The position numbers and the translations under genes were made by a program. Under the pieces are notes generated by a model. It was not told the origin of the DNA. It searched no databases and saw only the letters and a program-made list of their open reading frames with translations. A stretch of 63,366 nucleotides of DNA, the filler included, from Sphacelaria rigidula (lineage: Eukaryota), in the NCBI GenBank assembly GCA_964200075.2. It is 7 parts of 7 records of this genome, joined end to end, with 100 filler letters (N's around TTAATTAATTAA, not from the genome) between each part and the next. Parts side by side here need not be neighbours in the genome. Positions count along the whole stretch, not along the records: positions 18,137 to 27,103 come from CAXNAA020009624.1; positions 27,204 to 36,169 come from CAXNAA020009625.1; positions 36,270 to 45,235 come from CAXNAA020009626.1; 4 more parts are not named here. One strand, written 5' to 3'. Below, one piece after another: positions 27,042-39,881 of this stretch (within the stretch, counting starts at the first letter, position 1; the number at the start of each line of letters is the position of its first letter).

Positions 27042-27847
27042 GTTCCTTCACGCCGGGAAATCGGGGGCAACCAGTGCCGTTGATCGGCAGCAGTAGACAC
27101 GCCNNNNNNNNNNNNNNNNNNNNNNNNNNNNNNNNNNNNNNNNNNNNTTAATTAATTAANNNNNNNNNNNNNNNNNNNNNNNNNNNNNNNNNNNNNNNNN
27201 NNNAGAAGAAAGAAAAAAAAAAAGGAAGAAAGAAAGAAGAGAATTGGGGGGGGAGAGGGGGGGGGGGGGGTGATTTCACGAAAAAGAACTTACAGGTGTA
27301 TCAAATGACCTAAACACTCGCGGTGCGTTTGTATTAGGGTGAAAACGGTGTGCAAAAAGTGGTATGGATGAGTGTATCTTATTGATGGCAAGCGTGTTCA
27401 AACAGATTTTGCTGCTTTCAACGACAATTCAAGGTACAATTTCGTGAAAGGAACGGCCAAAAGTACCCCTACCCTGCCCCTATCGCAGCATCACTCTAGG
27501 TCATGAGGAATACCGGTTCAATTTCGGACAGATCGATGCACTGACCTCTCCCTCCGAAAAAACATTTGACCTCCAACCCCTTAAAAAGATGACGAGGGTG
27601 GGCAGCTAAAAGAGACTTTATTCGACTATTATAGCACCAACACGGTGCGGGAGTGTTAGTCCAACCCGCGGTACCCAACGGCAAAGGCGTGTACCGGGGC
27701 AAATATGGGTCATCTCTTGATTCCACGCAGCCGTTTCGAGGAAGGGGAGGGACTGAACGAGAGCGTGCCAATGAAAAAAACGAGACACCAACTCCCGGCC
27801 AACTCAGTTTGCACAACAGACATTGCTTTCGAGCAAAACCAACTAAC

Positions 27848-28116
27848 CCCGACATAGCGTTCAACGTGCCGCTGGCGCCGTTTGACCTCCTCGCGCCGGT
27901 CGCCGCCCCCATCCGGGGAGACTCGTCGGGTGCCATCCCTCCCCCGCCCCCCCCGCCGCCCATCATCGCCCCGGCGGCCCCGCTGTTGTTCTTCACTCCG
28001 GCCTCGAGAGAAAAGATGTGCACAGTTCCTCGGTCGCTGCAGCACGCCACAAATGTGCTCTGCTGGTTGAAGCAGATGGACGTCACCTCCGCCCTGTCCA
28101 TCCCTCGGCGTAGCTC
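27848..28116 (-). CDS. ATG18: ATG18/WIPI exon with the phosphoinositide-binding LRRG motif (gene continues off the contig)
   Basis: ELRRGMDRAEVTSICFNQQSTFVACCSDRGTVHIFSL followed by a Gly-rich loop; donor GG|GTTAGT. Confidence 0.92.
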
Positions 28117-28172
28117 CTGGTGTGTTCATGGTATATATGTGGCGGTGGGCAACGATGAAGCCGGCAAGCGCG

Positions 28173-28207
<35 letters not shown>

Positions 28208-28938
28208 GAAACGAAGGGGAAAATGTATTTAACTCTTTGACCGCGAGCCTAGGTCACCTGCTGAATCAGCATAATCAATATTCACTTGAACAAAGTGTGC
28301 ATGATCCAGACGGACTACCCGCACCGCGGTCTAGGGGTTCAAGAAAAAACAACCAAAGATGGGAGGGAAACAACGTCTCTCGTACAGAAATAATGACCAA
28401 TGACTAATAGCGGATGTGACTCTCAAAAGAGAGGTTCGATTGACCACACTGTACACACGTGCATGCAAAACTACACAAAATCGTTGATGGGCGCATCTAC
28501 ACGAGCAGCAGCGGCATTATCAGAGTACAGTAGAAGCAACAGCAGCGGCAGCAGGGTTCAAGGGTAACAACCCCAACACAAGGACAAAAAATGCACATAC
28601 AACACAAAAACGTGGTGCTCGACAAACACAGGTGCAAGCAACACATTGTATAAAAACTCCAAAGGAAAACTTGTTGGAACCTGAAATTTGTCACCCGATA
28701 GTGGAATGTCGTGGTGTGCAAGGGAGGGGGGTGATATACTACGCAACCCTCTACAGTACTGTAGATAACAACACCATGCTGAAAAAAGCCAAAAACCGGC
28801 GGACACGGTATTGTACGGGCTGGTACAGTACGTACCGATGACATGCACCAAATTCTACCGTGTCAGTTACCAGCATCCAACACAATCTAAACGAGACATG
28901 GGCAGGATAAGACAGTTTTGAGGACCGAAAAAACGCAC

Positions 28939-29034
28939 GTGCAACAGAGAACCGCTGTCCGTGTCAAACACCCTCAGAAGAGTCCCGCGACTTGATGCCG
29001 TGGCGACCATTTTTCCGTCCATGCTGAGAGCCAG
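28939..29034 (-). CDS. ATG18: ATG18/WIPI exon
   Basis: LALSMDGKMVATASSRGTLLRVFDTDSGSLLH; 96 nt, CAG/GT borders. Confidence 0.93.
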
Positions 29035-29463
29035 CTGCCCCAGGGCGTGATCAAGGCGGGGAAGGGGAGAAGGGACAAGGAAAACGATATCAGTGACATC
29101 AACAAGCAAGCAAACAAAAAAACAAACCAAATGGACGATACGAGGACATGCGTTGGATCAATATTTGACATGGCAAGACATGTGTGGCAGTACGAACATC
29201 TGCTAGAACCCAGGGTTTGTCATGATCGTGTTCTGCGAAGGAGGAGCGCACACTTGAGACGTGAACATACATACACCAACTCGCGTGCTCCGAGAGCAAA
29301 AAGCCGTAACAACAGTATGACGACGACGTGGGTGGACGCAATAAAAGGTGTCGTGGGAATAAAAAATATGTTATAAGTTACGTCAATTGAACAACGGAGC
29401 ACGCACACATGCACCCTATTATAGCAACAACAACAACAACAACAAAAACGAAGCGGGAGTATA

Positions 29464-29760
29464 CGATGTTTTCGTGAGATTGAGAGTAGAGCGCTGACAG
29501 AGTAGCCTCGATCATTCGCTTTAACTTAGCCATTTTTTAATTCCGTGTGTGCTTTTCTCTGTATCCACCACTGGGGTGTGCTTACAGCCACAGGTCGATA
29601 TCCTACTCAGGGATATCAAGGGCCTCAGTGGCAAACTACTATTATAGAAAGCATATCCGGCCTCGTGGAGGGGCATTTCGGAACTGAAACGATTTACTCA
29701 CCACTTGGACATTTTTCACTCTCATTCGTATCTTCTACTCTCAATCTCACGAAAACATTC
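29464..29760. mobile_element. ~300-bp MITE (TA-flanked) in an ATG18 intron
   Basis: TA|CGATGTTTTCGTGAGATTGAGAGTAGA ... TCTACTCTCAATCTCACGAAAACATTC; the same family occurs in opposite orientation at 61803-62103. Confidence 0.85.
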
Positions 29761-30831
29761 TTACACCTACATCAACACTCGCACCCCAGCACAATAACGA
29801 TCGAAGGGTAGACGGCGACAAAAATAGTATAGTACCGTGTCGTACGAAGCGACACAACACGGTACACACACACAAACACATGCGCTCGCACACGCACAAA
29901 CACGCGCGCACACACACACACACGCACCCGTGCCAACTCCGGCTCGTACACTACCGCAGACCATCACGTCACAACATAGTGCTACTCCCTTCAACACACC
30001 GGCACGGTAGTAGTCACATATACATATTCCTACCAAACGACACAAACAACACAAACAACACCAAACTACGCCGCACACAAAGCGGATCATGGCACAACAC
30101 TACCTCCACAAGCAAACGCTTACACGAGCTGGTCACAAAAAACCCATACAGTATACGAGTATGGTTGGAAAAAGTACTTGGTTTCAGTGTGGACCATCAT
30201 ACTCGAATCTTCTCGAGGGGCCGACAGTCCCACGTACTCGGCACCGCGCGCCGCAGGACGCTTTCGCGCTCAAATTGGGACCGTAGGCACCCCGATTGAG
30301 CTGTGCCAACAGCACACATTGACTACGACATCCACCCTCTGCACGACCGTTGTCCAAGGGTTCTCAGCATGCCTTCGGTTGTGGTTGGAGTCAAGATTAG
30401 GGTTTGGGGGTAACGGTTCGATGCGAAGAAGTACCCGTCCATCATAGATTTTGGTGACCAAATCTCCGCAGCGCAGCACAGTTTAAAAAGCAGCCGAAAG
30501 CCATGGCTCAACCCAAAGTACAAGTATGTAAACACGTGATTGGCGCAGGGGGTCGGAAATGATGTCACGGCCACTTCATGGGTTGGGGTTAGGGTTGGGG
30601 TTAGAACTAGGGATGGGGTTGGCATTACGGCTAGCGTTACATACGTCTTGGCGGTACCGTTGCTTTCTGCTGCTTCACGAACAGCTCTCGGTAAGCGTAC
30701 CTCCCTCTCACGACCACAGACACGTATCCCCCGGCACATGTAGCCACACAGCCACAGTCACATTCACACACAATAAACCACATTTGCCAAAACAACGTAC
30801 ACAAAGCCCGACCAAGGGCAGATAGTGGACG

Positions 30832-31079
30832 ATGTGTGTTGTGTGTGTATTGTCGTCCCATCTTTTCTGGACGCCGGTCTGCACCTTTCGGTACATGTGG
30901 GCGCACCAGCTGGGGTCACACAGGAGGAACGTCAACACAGGCGCTTTAATTTCTTACTTGTTTTTAGTACTCCACCTTCCTCCTGCGGTGCTTGCCTTCA
31001 TTTTCTATCGCCAGAGAGGTTCAGCAATCCTTTTCCCCGTCGACCGTCAAGTCGAATTTTGTGTACCCACGACATAGTT
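30832..31079 (-). mobile_element. 5'-truncated tRNA-SINE copy
   Basis: Body and tail match 2677-3034 ('gcgcaccagc.ggggtcacaca', 'ccttcc..ctgcggtgcttgcctt'); the head is absent. Confidence 0.75.
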
Positions 31080-31125
31080 TCTCAATGGCAGCGGATAATG
31101 ACACACACGTACGCACACGCGCGCG

Positions 31126-31127
<2 letters not shown>

Positions 31128-31186
<59 letters not shown>
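31128..31186. repeat. (CA)n microsatellite forming the start of an ATG18 intron
   Basis: About 28 CA units abut the exon boundary at 31187. Confidence 0.95.
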
Positions 31187-31188
<2 letters not shown>

Positions 31189-31504
31189 GCGCCAGCTCCG
31201 ACTCGTGAGCGGGGATGAGGGTCGACCGCCTCAAGTCGTACAGCTCCACATTCACGTGGCCCCTGCTCACTCCGGGGCACGCCAACACCATGTTGGAGGC
31301 ATCAGCGCATAGCGCCACCAAGCCGGCGTCGTTGCGGATGGTGTTGATCCTGTCCAGAAGGTGCAAATCCGAGAACCGGTACACGTAAATCCGCTGCGCG
31401 AGAACGACCACCACGCGGTCGCGGCGGAGGCGCACGGCCTTGACCTCGCTGCGGAAGCTCAGCTCGCCGATGCACCGGCTCTGGTGGTCGTCCCAGATCA
31501 TCAC
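31187..31504 (-). CDS. ATG18: ATG18/WIPI exon
   Basis: VMIWDDHQSRCIGELSFRSEVKAVRLRRDRVVVVL...LIPAHESELAQ; 318 nt, phase 0/0, CAG/GT borders. Confidence 0.95.
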
Positions 31505-33582
31505 CTGCAGTGCAGTACATTGATTTGTTGGTCAATTGATTGACTCAATGATTACAAAATAAAACAAAATAGAGCGGAAGACCCGAACCGAATAGTGCTC
31601 CCCCCTTCTTGTGTTCCTAAAACAGGGTGTACCCGATTTTGTCTACCCCCCCTCCCCAGAGTGAAATCGTGGCTCTTCGAGGATCATCTGCACCAGTACG
31701 ATTCACGCATTGCTTGAAAAAAAGGACACAAGGCAACGCAACGGAGAGCAAAGCACGACGAGACGAAAAACAAGATATAACGTAACTACCCGATTTTCGC
31801 TCTTTGATAATTACCCATATTGCAGTGGAATATACTGTATTCACTTATTCGTTGGGTTATGTCAAACAAAGAAAAACAAAGTGAAAACAACCACAACAAC
31901 AAAAGTGGCGAATAAAAAATGAGCTTGAGACGACCCTTATATGGAATCTAACTACTAATAGCCCCGGACTATTATTTCACCTGACGTACGTATGGTACGT
32001 TAAATGAAAAACCAAAAAGAATACCAAAATAATTTGATCTTGCTGTAGTTTGTCCGGATCCCGAGGGGTAGACTTGACGTGGACCACTTCCTCGTGTTAT
32101 GCGAGGAGAATGGGGGTCAAACCAGCTACCGCAAGGATGCGGGTCAGGGGGCGGGTCGGTATCCTCGCACCAGTGGACTTGGCCAGCGTTAGGCTACAAA
32201 TGCTCATGGTTGACGACAATACTTGATCTGAGTGTGTACAACGAGAATCGGATCTCAAGTACGGCTGACAGTCCCGTGTGCTCCTCGCGTACGCAGAACG
32301 CGTTTTCGTTGAAATCGGCGCCACATGCCGCCGATATGGGGTCCACCAAGGCCTCCCTTTGCCTAGGGAATGAATACTGTGTACTACCTCCCCTGGGTTC
32401 TCGCTATGCGTTGGGTTGGAGTTAGGGTTTCAGGCGTAGTGATACTTGTAAAATGTATCAACCATGGACATTTGTAGCCCAACGCCGGTTAACTAGCCTC
32501 CCCAGCACAGTGTGGAGCACACGCACAGGGGTGCGGTGAGTCCGGGAAAACCCCACCACCGGATGTGAGGTTGCGTGCTACCGCGACAGCCCCGGAGCAC
32601 ATTTGGAGTTGCACCGGTCTGTAGTAGTGCTTCCATATAGGGGTATATCATCGAGGTTCCGCTGTTGTATGTGTTGTTAACATGTAGAAATGAGGTTATT
32701 TTCGGTGAACCCACAGGGGGCGCGCTAAAAAAGCAAGAATCACCTGATTATTCTTCGATTTCCGCACAGGGATCGGAGCGAACGCACAGCGGGTGCGTAA
32801 AAAAGGGTAAGAACCAAATGGTTTCAAAAATGAAATATGCGTACAGGGGTGCCCTGTACCGCATTACTACAGGAGCTCCAGCGTGGGTACTTGGTCTTGA
32901 AATACCGTGCTCCACCTCTGTCGGAACAGTCTCTGCCGGGTTGTTGAGTCGGGTTGGGCTGGGCTGGGTTGGGGGTGGCGATCAACACTGGCTCAATGGA
33001 TTCCTTTGTAGACGAGTAATAACACTCCGGGTCCACAAAACCTTACTGGACCCGTTTGATTGCAATTTGTGATACTCGCCATCTCGGGGATGAAACCCAG
33101 ATCTGAACCTTTCAACAAGTTTATACTTGGCTGTCACTCCACCCGGCTCTCTGGATGCAGGGGACCGACACTTTACGAGTACCACGGCGCGGCATGTCGT
33201 GCTAAACGCGTTCTCACTCAAAAATCGACGGTACCCCCCGTCTGCGGAACAATACAACAAGAAGACCGCCGTTGCCCGAGGGTCCACGGTCTCTGCTGTC
33301 GTCCGGGTTAGCGTTAGCGTTAGCGTCCAGGTATAGTTGGGTCAGGTAAACGAACATTCGCGCCAGTGTTTTAAGGTCGAGATGGTGGGGATCTGTTTCT
33401 TACACCCGGCATGGCAGGCACCACTAATATTGACACTACTGTGACCCCGGTTGTTCGGTACGCACATACAGATGTGAACTTCAGCTTACGGTACAGTATG
33501 TTATTTCAAGGATCAACGATCAACGCATATGTTGTAAGATATCAGACGTACGAGGAAAAAAATCAGCCTACGTAATACAGAC

Positions 33583-33758
33583 CTTATTGGGGGGATAGCG
33601 GGGGTTACGACCCCCTCCCACCAAGGCCAGTAGGTTGCAGCGGAACAGCATCTCGACAGTTCCGATTCCTCCGTTGCTGAACACCCTCCGGAACGTTTCT
33701 CGGAACGGGTCAACATTGTAGATGCGGAATCCGTTGTCCGTTCCGCAGGCGAAACAGC
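33583..33758 (-). CDS. ATG18: ATG18/WIPI3-like PROPPIN, first visible exon (true first exon not found)
   Basis: Translates to [62 protein letters not shown] acceptor and GT donor. Confidence 0.95.
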
Positions 33759-35023
33759 CTTCGAGCGCGGCAAAGCGAGCACGAGTCAGGGCAGCTCAAG
33801 GGAAAAAAAAAAAAAAGGTCATGCGTTTGCTTTTCATTACAGTGCATTTGTGTATTTGTACCGGCGTAGAAACTGTGAATAGAGGGACAATTTCTCAGGC
33901 ACAAGAATCACACAAACAAGACAAGATAACGCGAGAGGGTTTGCATACACACACTTGAAAGCAACATCATTTTCCAGGGGTAGAGTACGGCGAAGATCTT
34001 ACCACAGTGTGGTCAACATCACTTGTGACAGGTCCGATCCGCAATACTAATATCAAGTAATTGCGCTTCCCCAGTATCGTGCAAGGTCCTGGCGTGGTGC
34101 GGTCATGACGAGCTCGTGATCCACTGCAATATACAGGGACTCCTGCTGCACCGTACGTGATACGGTGTGGCATGAAACCCGCAGGAGATACTTGGGGGCG
34201 GTATCTCACGTATGCCGCTCAGTACTGTAGATAACGACATAGGGGCGAAAAATAAATGAGAGAAAGTTCATCACCCGCGCGTGTTGTTCAGGGGGTGTTA
34301 TTCAGCGTATGATCACTGCCGTATGGAACACGGTATAGGGATAAAACAGTAGGGGCGGCGGGGGGGGTGAGGACTGCGGCACGTGGGATCTGCGAACACT
34401 TTCGGATAGCAGCTCATGGATACGCGCATAAGATGTCGTTCATCCAAAAACTGCTTCAACTCTGTGATTGTCATCCTGCCGTCTATTGCCCAATATTGCC
34501 CAGGCAGGGAGGGCTTTCGATTGTTGTGAAACAACATGCCTGCTTCCAGGGACATGACAAAAACTCATATCAGCACGTGCTTAGAAATAAATACACATCG
34601 AGGCAGAGCACACAGGAAATTCACAGGGACACATTTCACAAAAAAATGAGTGTCCGATCGGACCAATGAATTTGTGGGCAATTCGGGGTATTGCGATTGT
34701 CCCGCTTCGTTTGCATATTTTGTACAGGCTGGGTCAGCTGACAGTGATTTTTGAATGTATCCTGGCGATGCTGTCGGTAATTCGAAGAGTTAGGCGCTGA
34801 AGTTTTGACACAACATTTCATCATCACTACGCACAACATTCCTGAGGATGCGAAGAAAAAAAAAAGTTAGAGCGATTTGAAGTTTCTGCAAAAACTAGAA
34901 AAAGACTATAACTCCGTGTCAAAAAAATGCGGAGGCATCCCCAGAAATGGTGTTCGTCCTGATGTGGAGGAGATCCTAGTGCATTTTCGGCACAGCATCC
35001 ACTTTTTCGTGTGGCACGGCTGC

Positions 35024-35097
35024 GTCCCGGTGGTCAAACTGGTAGAACAGCTCCTTATTACAGAGGTAATGAGTTCGAATCCCGACACGACCATTTT
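35024..35097 (+). pseudogene. Degenerate tRNA-like sequence (tRNA pseudogene or SINE head)
   Basis: GTCCCGGTGGTCAAACTGGTAGA (A-box-like) ... GAGTTCGAATCCC (B box) ... GACCA-TTTT; stems pair poorly. Confidence 0.4.
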
Positions 35098-36269
35098 GTT
35101 CTTGCGCATAATCTGGCATAGCGCCCTGCATCTGAGGGGTGTATAGCGCAGTTTGAGGTAGTACTTCTACCTCTTATGGTGGTAAATGACCGCCGGCTGG
35201 GAGATTATCTTCTATAATGGAGCTGTTGACGACCTTGATACCATCTTCCAGCACTACTCGTACCAGTGTGCTTTCGCCTGCGTATGTCGCGTCTTCGCGT
35301 GCCTGTGCAGCGCATTCCCCTACCGTAATTCCACCGCATTTCGTGAAACGAAACATCTCCAGACATGCCATCACGCAACGACACGAGACGTTCCCGGTAC
35401 TTACTGCAGTACAATAGCATCATCGCCAAAACTTCGCCAATCGACCAGCGGTGGTGCCGTGCATCACCATGTCGGTCTGCAGTCCACAGCGATATGCTCA
35501 AGTCGAGCTGATTTGGTACACTTGACGAGTTATGGTGGGACATGCAAATGCGGGATGTAGTGCTGGCCCAGATCGTAGGACAGTGCTTCATCTGGCGGTG
35601 CACGAAGCATATGTACGACGCGAAACCCACCGCGACATCACTGTGATCTTGCCTTCTTTTGTAGACGAACCAAGACGAAGGCACACACGTCTCAAGCACG
35701 AGGTTCAAGGCACCGGTGATAACCCCTAAACGTTTGCCTCTCCACGCTTCTCGATATTCAACATCATCATCCCATGGAACATGACCTACAGATAGTACTT
35801 ACATCCGGTGACGGCAAACGGTCAATTTATCGATACCGATACACAACCTCAGTGATCAGGACCCCCGCCCTGCCTTCCCTCCGAGAACTGGAAACACCTG
35901 CATACCCCTGGACTGTAATACGAGGGTACTGTCTATTGGGGAATCAGCTTGCTATGTAGATATCTTGCGTGAAGAAGAGGGCACACGACATGATGAGGTA
36001 TATACCTGAACAGTTGCGGGCGGATAGACGGCGCAAACTCAAGACAGTAGAGGCTCGGCCGCTCAAGAAGCGAACTTTCCTCCAGCCGGTTCTAACTGAT
36101 GATTTATCGCGAGCTGTGCCTACTACGGCACATCGTGGTAATCTGCAAATCAACGCGCGTCTTTCACTTNNNNNNNNNNNNNNNNNNNNNNNNNNNNNNN
36201 NNNNNNNNNNNNNTTAATTAATTAANNNNNNNNNNNNNNNNNNNNNNNNNNNNNNNNNNNNNNNNNNNN

Positions 36270-37740
36270 AATGCCAATCGCTTCGGTAGTCGTCCGTCCC
36301 GTTGTCTAGCTAGGGCTCCTGCGAACAGCAGTCACCGTTGTAGAACGATGGCTTCAGCACTTTGGCAGCCGGTCTTCTCGAGGGCCTCGGCGTACGATAA
36401 CTGCCGGTATGTGCCACGCACTCGGTGGTACCCGATAACCCGCAACAGGAGCCGGTGGTGTACCGTCCTCAGTAACCGGTAGTGTTCGCGGCGTGGGGCC
36501 CACGTCATGCATCCGTACAGTAGGGCCTCCATCGCCTCTGCCTTCAGTAGGCGGACCTTGAGTTCCCACGGTGCTTTCAGCCGGTCGAAGAGCTCTCGGG
36601 AAAATCTTCTGATGCATGCCCACGCGGCTCTGCTCCGGTTGTTGATCTCTTGTGTGAGCTCGCCATCTTCGGTGAAGAGCCCGCCCAAGTATCGGGACCG
36701 TGGTTCGTGCGTATATCTGGCCCGCTGCTTCGATGACCAGTGGGGGTGGGGGTGGTGCTGGTGCTCCCTTTTCTGTGGTGGTTTCGCGGGTACACGCATC
36801 AGAAGCGTCTCTGTCTTCTTTTCCGAGACCGTCAGTCCAAAGGCCCCAAACACTTGCACTATAACACTCATCATTCTCGCCAGGCCGTTAGGTGACCTCG
36901 ATACGACGGTCATCGGCGTAAAGCATTCCCCATACCGCCCGCCGTGCGCGTTCTAGAGGTGTCTCCGTCTCCCTCACCGTTTCCTCGTCGAGGTATACCA
37001 TGTCGTCGAGGGTTATGTCGTCCTCGCTGAATCGCACGAGAACTACCTCGAGCGCCGCAGCGAAAAAGATATTGAACAACAGCGGGGACAGCACACAGCC
37101 TTGCCGTAGGCTTTGACTAACTTCGGACCACTCTGAGAGTTCCCCATTGTCCATGCGTACGCGGGCCTTCATGCCATCGTGGAATTGGCGGATCACTGCT
37201 ATTATCTCATCCGGAATCCCAGCTCGGTCAAGCAGCTGCCATAGAAGCTCTCTGTTTACCGACTCGTAGGCCTTTGGGAGATCGACGAAGCACATGTACA
37301 GTGTTATTCTCCGTCGTCGTCCCAGCTCTTGGAGTCGGCGCACTACGAACAGCATGTCGACGGTGGATCGATCGGGTCTGAACCCGCACTGTTCCTCCGG
37401 CAGTATCCCGTGTGCTTTGCAATATTCGCTGAGGCGGTTGGCCACTATCTTGAGGAGCACTTTCCCTGCGTACGATACTAGCGAGATTCCCCGATAGTTG
37501 TTGCAGTTGGAGCGGTCGGATTTCTTGTGGAGAGAGCACTTTGATCGTGGCGTCCTTCCACTCCTGCGGGACCTCACCTCCGTTACACCTTGACGAGAAT
37601 GGGATGGAATCGTTCGATAGCGATGGGCTCGGCTCGACCGTCGATCTTGAGCAGTTATACTGGAAGGGAGTCGTGTCCCGGCGATTTCCAATTCTGCATC
37701 CCTCTAACTGCTCGTATAGTCTCCTCCAGCGTTGGTGCTG
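36270..37740 (-). mobile_element. RTE-like non-LTR retrotransposon (LINE) reverse transcriptase, frameshifted and truncated
   Basis: [70 protein letters not shown] and LLYGCMTW, spread over at least three frames. Confidence 0.95.
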
Positions 37741-38059
37741 ATCCAAGTGCTGCTATGGCTATTTGATGATATTGCTAGGCTATGCAGATGGAGTATATCG
37801 GTGTTGAAAACAAAGGATAGTCTCAGTGTCTGCAAAGGTGATGATCATATACTGTTTTTGCTGATTAGCTACAATCGCCGTGGTTTGAACTGCGGCAACT
37901 TCTCTTATAGCATCTGCGCCCCGGCTGTTCTGTTTGTTTTGCCTTGACATGACCAATAGTCATCTGTTTCATTACAGCGGGAATAGGGCGCATGTACTGC
38001 TGAGTGTTCAACTCTAACAATCTTTTCTCTTCCAACGGATACTGTCTTCTCGAGCGCAG

Positions 38060-38256
38060 CAAGCTGCACAGTCTTGGAGGTTACAGGAGACGACGGGGCT
38101 TTGTCGGGGACATATTCGCTTGACAGAGATTCAGGCGCTTATACCCGTGTCGACGGAAGCACCACTCACATCATTGGGAAATACACCGATGGTGCTTTTT
38201 ATTTGGGAGAAGGGACCTCGCTATATTATGCCACCAGAAGCTATCCACGCTACTAT
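38060..38256 (+). CDS. Uncharacterised mucin-like membrane protein, exon A (upstream/signal exon not found)
   Basis: CAG acceptor; SCTVLEVTGDDGALSGTYSLDRDSGAYTRVDG...YPRYY; donor GTGAGT. Confidence 0.75.
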
Positions 38257-38648
38257 GTGAGTCAGCGAACGCTATTTCTATTTCTTTCCGCCCGGCTCCT
38301 CACGGTCGCCTCTTGTACTCGACGACGCCAGGGTTTACAGTATGCGGAGATTTTCAGCGTGAGAAGGTTGTGTGAGCGGAGATGGAGGTCCTAGAGAACA
38401 CACGATGAGTGAATGGCGTGTTTGCTGCTTTTTCATTAGTCCGGCCATTCTCGTCCACGACGTCGGACAGGTGTAGAGTAGGTCCTTCGCTCGGGGTGCC
38501 TAATTAGTATATTTATTAGGTACAAACCAGAGTATATCCCGAAGTCATCACCGGAGCATGATACATGCATAGTCGAAACAAACCCTTGGAGATAGTTCAG
38601 ACTACCCCCGAGCTCCTGTAATTTGCCGTTCGTTATCTGGCATCGAAG

Positions 38649-38757
38649 GTTTACGACAAAGTCGAGCACCCTGCTGATACTACGGAGGAATGGCAACTTG
38701 TTTCTTCTTCAACTGCCCGTGGATCAGCCCCTGGGACATTTGCCGTGTCATGCCAAG
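38649..38757 (+). CDS. Mucin-like protein exon B
   Basis: VYDKVEHPADTTEEWQLVSSSTARGSAPGTFAVSCQ; phase 0 in, phase 1 out, donor GTACGT; in frame with exons A and C. Confidence 0.7.
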
Positions 38758-39464
38758 GTACGTCGCAGTGAAATACATGGAGAACAGATCTTCGTAGTCT
38801 CGTTAATGTTTATGGTTTTTCGTCGAAACTTTCCATGTACCTTCCACCACTTGTGATCACGAAGTCTTCATCTTATTATGTGAGATTAGAGATACTGGAT
38901 GATATGATGTATTTGGCGCAAACTTCTATGTAAATGCAGGTAAAAACAGATACTCATGATATTTTTAGTGTGCAGCTGAAGTCCATTTGATTTCTGTTGG
39001 GCGATGCGATATAAGTTTCTTTTTATACTCCAATATGTATCTAAAATCAGGTCAACGCTCCAACTGGCCGTGCCCTGTGTGGTGCCGTGTGCTGTCCCTG
39101 TGGTTGGTTTCGTTATTCTACAGCTTGCCTGGATCGGCTGTTTTGGAATCATACGGGGCTTGTAGACCCTGCGAATCGTTAACATGGTGCACTTGACACA
39201 ATGGGGCACAGGTTTTGCCATTATAGCCCGTGGATCATCGTCGGTTCGTTGGAACACCGGCCCGGTTGCTGGTGGCCTTGACGCTCAATGCGGACAACTC
39301 TATAAAAAATCGCCGATATTGATCAACCTTGTTGCCCAACCCTACACAAGAAGGTGTGTATGCCGCAACACTCGGCCGATGCACAAGGGCTCTCGGGTGG
39401 GAAATTCGTATTCGATCTATCTAACGACCTCGTTCCCACGACCGACCATATTTTGGCTGTACAG

Positions 39465-39881
39465 AAGGCACAACTCCAAGCCCGATTGACGAAAGTGTTG
39501 GAACAAGCGGCGATGATGACGTGACGGTCATACCCCCAACTCCGAGCCCGATTGCCGAAGATATTGGAACAAGCGGCGATGATGACGTGACAACCCTGTC
39601 CCCAACTCCGAGCCCGATTGCCGAAAGTGTTGGAACAAGCGGCGATGATGACGTGACAACCCTGTCCCCAACTCCGAGCCCGATTGCCGAAAGTGTTGGA
39701 ACAAGCGGCGATGATGACGTGACGACCCCGCCCCCAACTCCGAACCCAATTGCCGAAGATGTTGGAACAAGCGGCGATGATGACGTGACGACCCCGCCCC
39801 CAACTCCGAACCCGATTGCCGAAGATGTTGGAACAAGCGGCGATGATGACTCGACGGCCGTGCCCCTAACTCCGTATACCG
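39465..39881 (+). CDS. Mucin-like protein exon C, 63-bp / 21-aa tandem repeat about x6
   Basis: Unit VGTSGDDDVTT(L/P)(S/P)PTP(S/N)PIAE(S/D); CAG acceptor and G|GTGAGA donor. Confidence 0.85.

Noticed and set aside
35024..35097. Functional tRNA gene
   Set aside because: Acceptor and T stems are mismatched and there is no clean anticodon arm; kept only as a possible pseudogene.
33759..38059. ATG18 and the mucin-like gene as a divergent head-to-head pair sharing a promoter
   Set aside because: They lie on different contigs joined by an artificial spacer.
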